A stretch of 63,121 nucleotides of DNA, counting the filler, from Chiloscyllium plagiosum (Eukaryota), in assembly GCF_004010195.1 (NCBI RefSeq). It is 3 parts of one record of this genome, joined end to end, with 100 filler letters (N's around TTAATTAATTAA, not from the genome) between each part and the next. Parts side by side here need not be neighbours in the genome. Positions count along the whole stretch, not along the records: positions 48,185 to 63,121 come from NC_057716.1; 2 more parts are not named here. One strand, 5' to 3'. The notes under the pieces were generated by a model, which was given only the letters and a program-made list of their open reading frames with translations, searched no databases and was not told the DNA's origin. Shown here one piece after another: positions 52,593-63,121 of this stretch. Each line of letters begins with the position of its first letter. Within the stretch, counting starts at the first letter, position 1. The translations under genes were made by a program, and so were the position numbers.

Positions 52593-53851
52593 TTATTGGG
52601 TTGCATTTATTTTTTGTGTAAATATATTTATTAGCAAAAAAAAACTTTTTTTGACTTTACAAAAATATAGAGTTATTGAAAATATAACAAATACTAGTAT
52701 AATACAAAAAACACAAATTACAATTACTGTCCATGAACTATTACCCTAACCTATATTACAAAACAAAACAAAACACTGTGCAAAATGACACCATTAAATA
52801 AGTAAGTAACATATAAAACAAAAGAACTCACAAGAACACAAAGTAATGATGCTCGGTGCAAAGCTCCCAAACCAAATGTGTGAATGTTGTATATATAGCT
52901 GGATTAACTCAGGAGTACCCCCCTTCAGGGCCCATGGCTCAGCAAACCTAACCATCCTGGTTAAACAAACACCCTAGTTAAGATAGCAGACAGATCTGTG
53001 TCCAAATAGTTCAAGTAGGGCTGTCATGTCTTATAAAAAATAGTCTGTTGTGTGGTGCACTATGATTGTAAAATAGTCCAAGGGAGTGTGCTCCATAATT
53101 AATTTCTGCCATCCCAGCAAGCCCAGTGGGTTCTCAGACACCCAAGTCATCAGAATATTCTTCCGTGCACAGTGTGCAAGAATATTAAATAGTTTCTTCC
53201 CATGCCCGTCTAAAGATGGTAAATTCGGTAGACCTAAGAGGAGAAATATCTGGTCTACTTTGACTTCAGTCCTCAATACCCTCCCTATCTCTCCCGCCAC
53301 AGCACTCCAATAAACACAGAGCCTGTGGCATGTCCAGAAGCAATGGGTAAGAGTACCTACACTTATTTTACATTTGGGGCACACCGAAGATGCTCCTTTT
53401 TTAAACTTGCCAGACGGTCCGGTGCCAAATGAACCCTGTGCAGAACTTTTAACTGCATAGTGTGTGTCCTATTACAAATTGAGATCTCTTGTACGTTCTC
53501 CCCTATGTCCTCCCACATTCCAGAAGAGATCTCCACTCCTAGCTCTTGCTCCCAGACCTCACATAACTGGTTAATATCCTGCCAGACCCTACCACCCAGC
53601 AGGCGATAGAGGGCACTAACCGAAAGGGTGCTTGTGGAGTGTAGCAACATCCTCTCTGTATTGGGCTTATGGTGCTTAGTGAGAAGCATAGTCTTCTTCT
53701 GGATGAAATCCCTAACCTGGAAAAAACGGAAAAGGTCTCTGCTGGGCAACCCGTATTTGCGGCTCAGTTGCAAAGACATCAAAACCTCTGCCACAAACAA
53801 GTCTCCCAAACTGGAAACTCCTCTGGCTGCCCAAAGTTTGAGCCCTGAGTC

Positions 53852-54053
53852 GGCGGCACGGTGGCACAGTGGTTAGCACTGCTGCCTCACAGCGCCAGAG
53901 ACCCGGGTTCACAGGTCAGGTGAATTGGCCATGCTAAATTGCCCGTAGTGTTAGGTAAGGGGTAAATGTATGGGTGGGTTGCGCTTCGGCGGGTCGGTGT
54001 GGACTTGTTGGGCCGAAGGGCCTGTTTCCACACTGTAATGTAATGTAATGTAA
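53852..54053 (+). mobile_element. V-SINE lacking the V-domain (internal deletion) nested in L1, with 6-bp TSD
   Basis: Head joins directly to CAGGTCAGGTGAATTGG; (TAATG)n tail; TGAGTC at 53846-53851 and 54054-54059. Confidence 0.88.
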
Positions 54054-54527
54054 TGAGTCCATCATCCCTGGTCGGAACCCCAGCATACAACTATGGGAGT
54101 GAGTGGTGAAGTCTTAGATAAGCAACCCTCACTCTGACCCATCACCCTCCATGCCTTGACCGTACTAATAACAATGGAGTTCCGGCAGTGGTCCATAATT
54201 GTCCTCATCTTATCCATGAACAGCAGGTTAACAAGAAGGCACTTTGCCTGGGATCCACATACAGTGTATTCTTGTGTACCTTCGATCCCACTTCTGAGTG
54301 GTTATGTGGATGTTCTGATGAATGGCCTCTGCCAGCGGCTCTATTACCAACGTAAACAACAGCAGTGAGAGGGGGCAGTCTTGATGATTATCCCTGCCAA
54401 TCCTAAAGTTCCCAGACTTCACCCTGTTGGTGATGACCATAACCAGAGGGTAGCAATATAAAACCTCCACCCACCTAGCAAAGACACCCCCCAACCCAAA
54501 CTGCTCTAAGACATAAAAGGGATACAG

Positions 54528-54662
54528 GAGAAAGTGAGGTCTGCAGATGCTGGAGGTCAGAGCTGAAAATGTGTTGCTGGAAAAGTGCAGCAGGTCAGGC
54601 AGCATCCAGGGAACAGGAGAATCGACGTTTCGGGCATAAGCCCTTCTTCAGGAATTCTTGTG
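54528..54662 (-). mobile_element. Family A HHR mini-element nested in L1 RT, with perfect 14-bp TSD
   Basis: TAAAAGGGATACAG at 54514-54527 and 54663-54676; HHR CTGAAGAAGGGCTTATGCCCGAAACGTC at 54624-54651 (minus). Confidence 0.88.
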
Positions 54663-55707
54663 TAAAAGGGATACAGCCATTCCACCTGGTCAAATGCTTT
54701 CTCTGCATCTAAGGAAATCACCAACCCCTGAACTGATTGTTGCTAACATGTTTGGACCATATTCAGCAACCTTCTAATATTATTAGAAGACCTACAGTCC
54801 CTTATAAAGCCTGTCTGGTCCTCTTTGACAATATGGGGCAACACCTTCTCTAATCTCAGCGCCAAAATCTTAGACAGAATCTTAAAATCTGGGCCTATAT
54901 TAGGCACAATCCTCAGGATCGTTCCCCTTCTAAAGAATGAGGACATTTTTAGCTTCCCTAGAAGATGGTGGTAGGCCTTCATGCATATAGGAGTGATTGT
55001 ACATCTCCAGCATTGGCCCTGACAGAATCCCTATAAACCCCTTGTAAAACTCACCTGGGAGACCATCAGGGCCAGGTGCTTTCCCACTCTGAAGTTGCCT
55101 AACTGCCTTCTATATTTCCTGAACCGTCAAAGGGGCATTAAGGAGAGAGGCCTGTTCCAGGGTTAGCCCTGGCAGGTCTAGGCTCTTAAAAAAGGCTTCC
55201 ATCTTGGCCCTCCTGTCCTCGCAACCTTCAGACCGATACAATTCAGATTAAGAACTCCAAAAAGCCTCATTAATCCCTTTGGCATTGTATGTAAGGACTC
55301 TGGCGTTGTCTGTAACTGCAGTAAAGGACTGGGGAGCACACTGTTTCTTAGTCAGATACGCTAAATACTTCCCTGGCCTATCCCCATTTTGACAGCCTTT
55401 GTCTAGCAAAAGCAAGTTTTTTCTTTGCGGTTTGTGTCAATGTTGAATTCACGGCAGCCCAGAGGGCCGTGATCTGTTGTAGCGTAGTCACCGAAGGCCT
55501 CACAAAATGTGCCGCCACAGATGCTTTCAACCGCATCTCAAGTAGACGCTGATGTTCCCCCTTCTATTGTTTCCAGCTAGCCGAATGGGAAATAGCTAAC
55601 CCCCTGACAAAGGCCTTAGTGGTCTCCCATAGCATAGATGGACTACTAGCTGTGCCTGAGTTGATAGTCAAGAACTCCTGAAACTCCTTCAAACAGTATT
55701 CCACAAA

Positions 55708-56043
55708 TTAGATTAGATTACTTTTAGATTAGATTAGATTACATTACAGTGTGGAAACAGGCCCTTCGGCCCAACAAGTCCACACCGACCCGCCGAAGCG
55801 AAACCCATCCATACCCCTACATTTACCCCTTACCTAACACTACGGGCAATTTAGCATGGCCAATTCACCTGACCCTGCACATCTTTTGGACTGTGGGAGG
55901 AAACCGGAGCACCCGGAGGAAACCCACGCAGACACGGGGAGAACATGCAAACTCCACACAGTCAGTCGCCTGAGGCGGGAATTGAACCCGGGTCTCAGGC
56001 GCTGTGAGGCAGCAGTGCTAACCACTGTGCCACCGTGCCGCCC
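55708..56043 (-). mobile_element. Young HE1-like V-SINE nested in L1 ORF2
   Basis: CpG-intact head and V-domain; compound (AATCT/AATGT) tail. Confidence 0.94.
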
Positions 56044-57437
56044 ACTAAATTTGGAATCCTTAAGGAGAAAAGAATCCAGATGCCAGTGCCACAAACCTAG
56101 CTCCTCATTCTTAACCTGGCCTTAACCTCCAAATGTACCGCCACATGATCAGAGATAGCCATATTCCCAATTTTACAACCCATAGTCGAATCCAGAAGGG
56201 TTGAGCGACCCAGAAAAAGATCAATACTCATGTGCCAATTATGTGGGTTTGAAAAAAAGGTGAAGTCCCTGCCTGTGGGGTGAAGACATCTCCAAATGTC
56301 CACCAGCCCCAACTCCTCACATAAGTCAGCCATCTGCTTGGCCTGCAAAGAAATAGTTGGGGGCCCACTAGGCATCCTGTCCACTGTTGGATCCAAAAGG
56401 CAATTGAAGTCCCTCCCTATAATAATGTGCCGTGTTCCAAAGGCACTCAGATTAGAGAAGGCACTAATGAAAAATTTGAGCGGATGCGCTGGAGGACAGT
56501 AGACATTAAAAATGCAATATTCCTCCCCATGTATCAGGGCCTTTAGTATCACAAATCACCCCTGCTCATTTTTCACCTGCTCTAATAACGTGAACGGAAG
56601 ATTTTTCTGGATAAGTACCACCACTCCCCTGTTTTTAGTAGTAAAGGATGAAAAAAACCCAATCATAACCCCCTTGGTGTAACTTCAGGTGTTCCCCATC
56701 ATCAAGATGGGTTTCCTACAACCGGGTGTTATCAACCCTTTCCCTTTTAAGGCTAGAAAGCACTTTTTTCCTTTTAACAGGGGAATGACTTTTCATGATG
56801 TTCCAGGTGCACCATTTCACAAGATACTTAGCCACATCCCCTTTCAGGCACCCTTGAACCATGTGGAGGGAGAATCTTGCTTGCAATGCATCGAGCACAA
56901 GTAAATGGAAACTCAAAGTTGCAGAATTGTGGATACAAAAACTACTCTATCATAACTACAAATAACTACTGCTACCAAAAACTACAAAGATAACCAACTA
57001 TAAAACCTTGAACGGGAGACTCTCCCCCCTGCTCATAGGGGGCACTCAACTGACCCATTCCCTCCTGCACAGCACCTTCAGGCCCAGACTGTGCCCCAGC
57101 CTTAGGCAAAAAGAAGTAAATAAACAAGGAGATGATCCTTAAGTTAACGAAAGAACAGAAGGTCAGGATGAGCACTCCACCCATTCCCGGCTTCATGTCA
57201 CCCTTACTTGTGATTAAAAGAGAAAAAAGAACAAAAAAAAGGGAAAACAACAAAGGCACCCACAAAATTTCCCATGATCAAATCTAGTTATAAAAATATA
57301 ATAGAAACAACGTATTCCAAAATGTTTGTTTTTTTCAAATTATGATTAGGGAAAGAGTTAAAAATAGGGAAAAGGGAAAACACAGGGAAAGAAAGAAACA
57401 AAGACGAACATTAACTGTATTCTTCAGGCCAGTCAGT

Positions 57438-58258
57438 CTATTTTAATGTGTCTACAAAGTTCTTGGCTTTATCCAACTGAGTCCTCGTGGCTGGAATGTG
57501 GGGTATCTCATGGAGTACTGGATGCCCAGGTTCCTCAGCTCCTTTTAACTTCATCAAAGGGCTTCCTCTTTCGAATTGCAGCTGCTGAGAAATCCTGGAA
57601 AAACACAATTGTGGACCCGTTATGCAGCAGTTCCTGTGGATCTTTCCCCAGTGATCTAGAAGCTTCTACCACTCTTTGCTTGTACCTGTATGTGAGGAAG
57701 TGCATTAGGACTGGGCGGGGGCACTGTACCAATCCAGACCTGTGCACTGCCACCCGATAGGCCCTTTCAGTCTGCAGCCGCCTGGATTCTATTTGAAGGC
57801 CCAGAAATTGTGGCAGCCTGTTTTCAAAGAAGCTGACTGACTGCCCACCTTTTACACCCTCCAGGAGCCCGACAATCCAAAGGTTCGTCCTCTGACCTGA
57901 TCTCGCAAGGCCCGCACTTCCCGCTCCCCAGTACTTGGATCCGTCCGGATGAAGACTCAATCATTGTTTCCGAGGCTGTGGTTTGACCCTCCACTTCCTG
58001 CATCCACTCCCCAAGGCCCTGGATCTCCCATTCATGCTTCTGCAGCATGGACACGATGGGTTGGACCTGGGCACACATCTCCTCGATCTCAGCCTCGACA
58101 TTCGAGGTACGTCTCGCCATCACCACCGCCAATTCCTGTTAGTCAGTCAGGTCCCCCGGGGGTTCGGGAGAGGCGGCTGCTGTGGCCTCTGATGTACCTG
58201 GTGCTGCAGGAGAGTGCCCTCCTTGCTGCTGTCTGCTCGCACCTTTTCCTTTTGGCAT
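57438..58258 (-). pseudogene. L1 ORF1 (L1 transposase-22-like), disrupted
   Basis: MPKGKG...; RTNLWIVGLLEG, ERAYR, PRPVLMHF, IVFFQDFS..RKRKPF motifs; in-frame stop and frameshifts. Confidence 0.85.
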
Positions 58259-59204
58259 CCTTCCCACTCCAAATTGTCAATGAATATGTGTTCTTCAAGT
58301 TTTTAAATTAACAATTCCTCCATATAATTTGGCCATGGATGGTAAAAAATACACCAACGTGCCTTGGCTGTTAGGCAGAGCCATCCACGACAGTGCTACT
58401 GAATCGCTGCCATCTTGCCGAGTCCATGTTGTGTTTCTTAAATGTTGCTGGTATTGCACACATCCAGGCATGTGGAGAGTGTTCCATCACACTGCTGACT
58501 TGAACCTTATAGATAGTAGACAGGCATTGTTTTATATTGAATTAGAGAATTGACACTCTTGGCTAAATGCAAAATTCCAATGGGTACTGTTCCAATTTAG
58601 ATTGCTACAGTGTTTAAATGAGCTGACCCTATTGAAAGAGCAATACTGCTACCCTTGGGTACAGGATTGGAAATTATTCCCCATCAACCCATACAGGCAG
58701 TGTTCTTGTGACAATGTTTAGTCTGGTTTGACTATAGGTTTTTTAATGTTAAGTAGGTTGTCATACTTGAGTGCATGAGAAAGAAATGATATATGAGCAG
58801 AGAGTTGAGAGGATACTAATGTTTGGAGCCAGGCTGCAACTTGGGCAGAATAGGAGAAAAACTAATCGAGTGATATCTAAATAAAATAATCAGTTTGACA
58901 AACAACATGACTGATGTAATAGATGTAAGGTTATGATATTTTGGGTCCCTCGTCATAAAATGGTAATCCATATAAATAACTAATTTCCAGGTGAAGGCAG
59001 AGCTTGGAAATACAATAATACATTTTGAATTGGAGGTGGATTGGGATAGTGTTAGGTGCTGAACAAGAGAAAATAAATGTATGAAAACTGCAGGCCTTAA
59101 AGCTGCTTTGCATATAGTTATTGTACAGTGTTACAATGAATGCACTGTCTTTCTCTACTTCCACTATTTTATGGCTCATAACTATTGATTTAATTATCTT
59201 ACCC

Positions 59205-60535
59205 AGTTCCTTTACTTTCGGGGCGCATACGTCAATTAATCTCAGGGGATCATTCCTATACATGGCGTTTGCTACAAGGAGGTGTCCCCCCACTACCTCC
59301 TTAACCTCGGAGATGGTAAATTTGCCTCCCCGCAGCAGAATAGCCAGGCCAGAGGAATAGCATTCATTGGCCATTGGGCCAATAAGCTTGACCATTTCCT
59401 GTAGCTGCTGAGGTACGATACCCATCGCCTAAAGAAACAGGATGTCCACTTTGTCATTTGTCAGGTAAGCCAACATGGAAACACATTATGTAGTAATCTA
59501 CACACGTTGACACTGGCAACTTTAAAACCCATTTTGAGAATTTATAGAATTACCCAATGTCCGTTCTTGTCGCTGGGGGAGTCCCCGCAGCCTCTTGGGG
59601 TGGGTGAACTATTGGATACTCTCTGCACTGAGGTAGCTGTCCTGCTCCTCTCTGGGACCACTGTCTGACCCAATGTCATTGAGGTGAGGACAGAGTCCGG
59701 AAGGCCTGCTTCTGTCTCCGACAGATGGGCTGCCGTGCTCTGCTTCTTATTGAGAGCATTGCTGCTCTCAGTTGGCCAGAGCAATGGAGTGATGGGTATA
59801 CCGTGGTTCCCAACAGCCGGAATTTGAGTTTCACCTGACTTCTCACGCTGTCCAGCATTTCTGGATTGGGATGTGCTCCTCTTCTTCTCCCCTGTGGTGC
59901 TATTATGCCTCTTTTTTTGTTAGTGGCCATCCCTCTGCACAGGAGAGGAGCTGCTGGTATGTCTGTCATGCAGCTGCCTCTTTCCATTCTGCTGCTGGTC
60001 TGTGGGGGCTGATGTATTTTCCTTTTGCGGTCGCTTCTCACCGGTGTTCATTCCCCTGCCTCCTTCGTTTCTCCCTCCTCCATTGACTCCATCTGTTCAG
60101 GTGGAGGTTGAGTCGGTACACTGTGCCTCTGCACTGGCTACCTTTTCCTCCTCCCTGGCCTGCCCCTCCTTCTGGGTGTCCCTCGTTACAGTTTTCTTGC
60201 TGGAGGATGACATCTTATTGGCCTTTGAGGGTCCATGGCTTGCATTGCCTCCAGCTATCTGAGTATATGTGCCCCCTCCTCTGCCCCACCTTGTCCAGGT
60301 GGCCTGCATTTCCATACAGGTTGCAGCTCTTGGACATCTTGCAGTCCTTAATCAGGTAGCCCTCCTGTTTGCAGTTTCTGCAGAGGATCATTTTGCAGTC
60401 CACTGTCATGTTGCCTTGACCATCCATAGGTTCGGCACACTCTAGGCTGCCCGCCCCCCCATCTGCGTATGTTGGGTAGCATCAGCTGTCTCCCATAGCA
60501 AATCTGGAGGGCAGGTGGAGGATGTTCATATACTG
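59205..60535 (-). mobile_element. Tx1-clade L1 fragment: ORF1 C-terminus with CCHC knuckles and ORF2 endonuclease start
   Basis: CRNCKQEGYLIKDC, CNLYGNAGHL knuckles; ORF2 ATG at 59532 MGFKVASVNV...VDILFL...SSGLAILLR...EVVGGHLL...LRLIDVCAP. Confidence 0.85.
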
Positions 60536-61984
60536 TTGGTTTTGCAAAATGAAACATTGCTCAGTACAGAAATGATTACTGAATCGAATTAATGACATAT
60601 GCTTTGATTCTAACTGTATGTATTTTGAAATACGGAACTGAAGTTTTTCCACAATGAATCAGGTTTTACAGAAATTAAATGTTCAATGATTTCGTGTGAA
60701 CACAAACCGCTCTTGTTCTTTACTTGATTTGGAAGTGACCCTTATCACTTGGAGTCTCTGGTCAATTTGGCATTGCCTGAATGATTCTGTACCATGATGG
60801 AGTGCATTTTGAGAAAGAACTTCCCTCTTGATTAGAGTTAGTGGAAAAATGGCTTACCCATGTTCTGTGCACATCATTGTTGCGTTTATTTAATAAAGTG
60901 TTGGAAGGCTATTGAAATGTATGTAAAAGGGTACTCACATAATATCAAATTATGCTATGGAGCTAATTCTAAAAGTATTATCCAGCAATTATATGCGAAC
61001 TGCCTTTCAGAATTACTGGCGGCTAGGCCCAATGAGAGGGATCATGGGTCTTGAAGTTGTGCCTGATTCTGAGGCCGTATTTCCATTCACTAGCAGCCCT
61101 CCAACCTTTCACCCTCACATCATTCAGATTCCAAGAATTAACCGCCTGTGGGGTTTAAATATTTTGTATAGTTTTACCAAAAGTTCTCAGCTTTTTGTCC
61201 TCTATTGTTCTTTTTGTAAAGCTCTTCAAAACTTCAGATTTCAAACTGATACATTTTACAACCACAGATTTGATAGACAATTACAAACAAAAATCTTGGT
61301 CATTCATATTATCCAACAAGATCTGCTTCTTTGAACCTGGCCCAATGCATTGTCTGAACAGTTACATCCAAAAGATTTTGACCAGGTCAACAGAAGATTT
61401 TTTTTTTCTTCCTATATTCATTCACGGGATGTGGGTATCACTGGCTAGCAGCATTTATTGCCCATCCCTTTGGGTAATTAAGAGTCAAACATATTGCTGT
61501 GTGCTGGAGTCAAACGTTGGCCAGACGAGGTAAGAATGATAGTTTCAAAATACATAGTTAGAATCAGAGCATATATCATTAATTTGATTCAGTAATCATC
61601 CCTGTACTGAGTAATGTTTCATTCTGTAAAACCAACAGTATACTAACAACTCCCTTCGTTCTATAACCAGACCAGTAAGATTTGTTTTAATAAAGCTCCT
61701 GTTCTGTGTACTAACGCAAACTCATTAAGCACTTTGTGTTAGTCTATCAATATTAAGTATATTGTAACAATGAACAGCTTTCAATTTTCTTCTATTTTCA
61801 TAAGATTGGAGGTCTTGTGGGTTAGGCATATCCCCAGTTGCTTTTGAGAAGGTGTTAGATCCTAGCAGTGGTCAGGCTGATGGAACTTAACATACCTTTG
61901 ACATTTAAAACTCTGCCCTGTGCCTCAGTGATTCACAGTGGCTGTTGTTTGCCCTTTTGCATATACTGACATATGGCATCTTGC

Positions 61985-62105
61985 ACATCATGCTGGTGCC
62001 ATGAGTGAATCCATGAGGAAATGCATCATCACCCTCATCGACAAGCCGAAGAGGTAGAGGGAGGAAGTTAAAAATTGGCAGCCAATGCAGACTACAAAAT
62101 TCTAG
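61985..62105 (+). mobile_element. Short Tx1/L1 RT fragment
   Basis: SESMRKCIITLIDK...KNWQP..ADYKIL. Confidence 0.6.
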
Positions 62106-62334
62106 TTTCCTTCCTTAAAGGACATTATTGAACCAGATACCACCAGAACATTGTCATTACAATTAGAGCAAAAATAACTCCATTTGCCATATCTCTGAAA
62201 AGCAATCAGTCTTAAAGTGAACCTTTCATTACTCTCCAGCAAGAAGTTCATTAGCAGCTGCCTGAGCTGAGGTTTGGCCCAACATTGAACAAGAATTAAA
62301 AAGAAGTTAAGGTCAGTAAAACATAAATAACTTG

Positions 62335-62542
62335 GTTAAAAATCACACAACACCAGGTTACAGTCCAACAGGTTTAATTGGAAATGCACTAGCTTTCGGA
62401 GCGACGCTCCTTCATCAGGTGATAGACGAAGGAGCGTCGCTCCGAAAGCTGGTGTTTTTCCAATTAAACCTGTTGGACTATAACCTGGTGTTGTGTGATT
62501 TTGAACATTGTACGCCCCAGTCCAACACCGGCATCTCCAAAT
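62335..62542. mobile_element. Fold-back HHR-bearing PLE-type terminus element (family D) with 13-bp TSD
   Basis: Arms 62335-62416 and 62425-62506 are reverse complements; one-sided ~36-bp tail; TSD CATAAATAA(C/G)TTG at 62322-62334 and 62543-62555. Confidence 0.82.
62387..62421 (-). ncRNA. Minimal hammerhead ribozyme motif (family D)
   Basis: CAC-CTGATGA-A-GGAGC-GTC-GCTCC-GAAA-GCTA-GTG: 5-bp stem II, stem I CAC/GTG, palindromic AGCT stem III, CUA triplet. Confidence 0.75.
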
Positions 62543-62930
62543 CATAAATAAGTTGCTGAGGATAAGACATATCAAAGTTGATCACATTTTGAAAAATAAG
62601 TCATGAATAAAAAACTAACCATGATGAAGTTGCTGGGTTGTGCAGGAATTTGTACTTTGGGATTTGAGTGTGTGTGAGGTTCAGGGGGAATGCGTGAGGT
62701 GTATGTAAGACTGAATGTGTGCACGTGCATGTGCAATGATGTGTGATATTGTTGTGCAGCTCACTAATGCTAAGGTTTTGTTTCTTGCGTTTTTTGAGTC
62801 AGAGGAGATTGGGTCTGGAAATGTCCAGCTCAGGGTCACACGCCATCAAGACAGAACAGCTTTGGAAGGGTCTTTGTGATGTTAGAGTGAGTTACGAGGC
62901 ATTCACCTTACATTGTGCTCCCTCCAGCTC

Positions 62931-63121
62931 AAGTGAGGACTGCAGATGCTGGAGATCAGAGCTGAAAATGTGTTGCTGGAAAAACGCAGCAGGTCAGGCA
63001 GCATCCAAGGAGCAGGAGAATCGACGTTTCGGGCATGAGCCCTTCTTCAGGAATGAGGAAGGTGTGCCAAGCAGGCTAAGATAAAAGGTAGGGAGGAGGG
63101 ACTTGGGGGAGGGGGCGTTGG
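62931..63121 (-). mobile_element. 3' end of a longer family A Penelope-like element with HHR, running off the window
   Basis: HHR CTGAAGAAGGGCTCATGCCCGAAACGTC at 63023-63050 (minus); continues into a purine-rich (plus strand) 3' UTR similar in character to 22476-22620. Confidence 0.78.

Larger units (their letters stand above)
52960..56838 (-). pseudogene. L1 ORF2 (APE endonuclease, RT, C-terminal Cys motif), disrupted
   Basis: KWCTWNI...KRKKV; FNVYCP, IIGRDFN, DIWR..HP, ISDH; KAPGPDG; KILALRL..DQTGF; QDCPLS.LLF..VIEPLA; CPKC...THCFWTC. Confidence 0.9.
52606..58425 (-). mobile_element. Near full-length decayed L1 element with three nested insertions and an internal deletion
   Basis: 5' UTR, ORF1, A/T-rich inter-ORF spacer, ORF2 (EN, RT, Cys-rich), AATAAA at 52627-52632 (minus) followed by an A-rich tail. 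Confidence 0.92.

Noticed and set aside
59871..60557. Host ZCCHC3-like zinc-knuckle gene
   Set aside because: Frameshifted and directly upstream of an APE endonuclease ORF2, so it is a Tx1 ORF1 remnant.

Overview
Eukaryotic, repeat-dominated genomic DNA with no intact protein-coding gene I can support. The repeat inventory points to a cartilaginous fish, most likely a shark (inference): V-domain tRNA-derived SINEs of the HE1 type sharing a 3' tail with CR1/HER1-like LINEs, many CR1 3' fragments, and Penelope-like elements. Two 44N+TTAATTAATTAA+44N linkers (22781-22880, 48085-48184) look like artificial joins, so the window is probably three separate blocks. Contents: a 40-bp minisatellite (1-3633); a ~14.5-kb 18/20-bp satellite with irregular higher-order structure (22881-37400); a 39-bp minisatellite; decayed CR1, RTE, L1, Tx1 and Gypsy elements; and several families of Penelope-like element (PLE) termini carrying minimal hammerhead ribozyme (HHR) motifs. 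The most interesting signal is this HHR population. Four ~90-170-bp insertions all begin within a few nt upstream of the CUGA core, several have clear target-site duplications, and two further fold-back copies turn around at the same ribozyme edge. This suggests ribozyme-bounded mini-retroelements mobilised by PLEs. Family assignments come from motif recognition only; no database searches were run.
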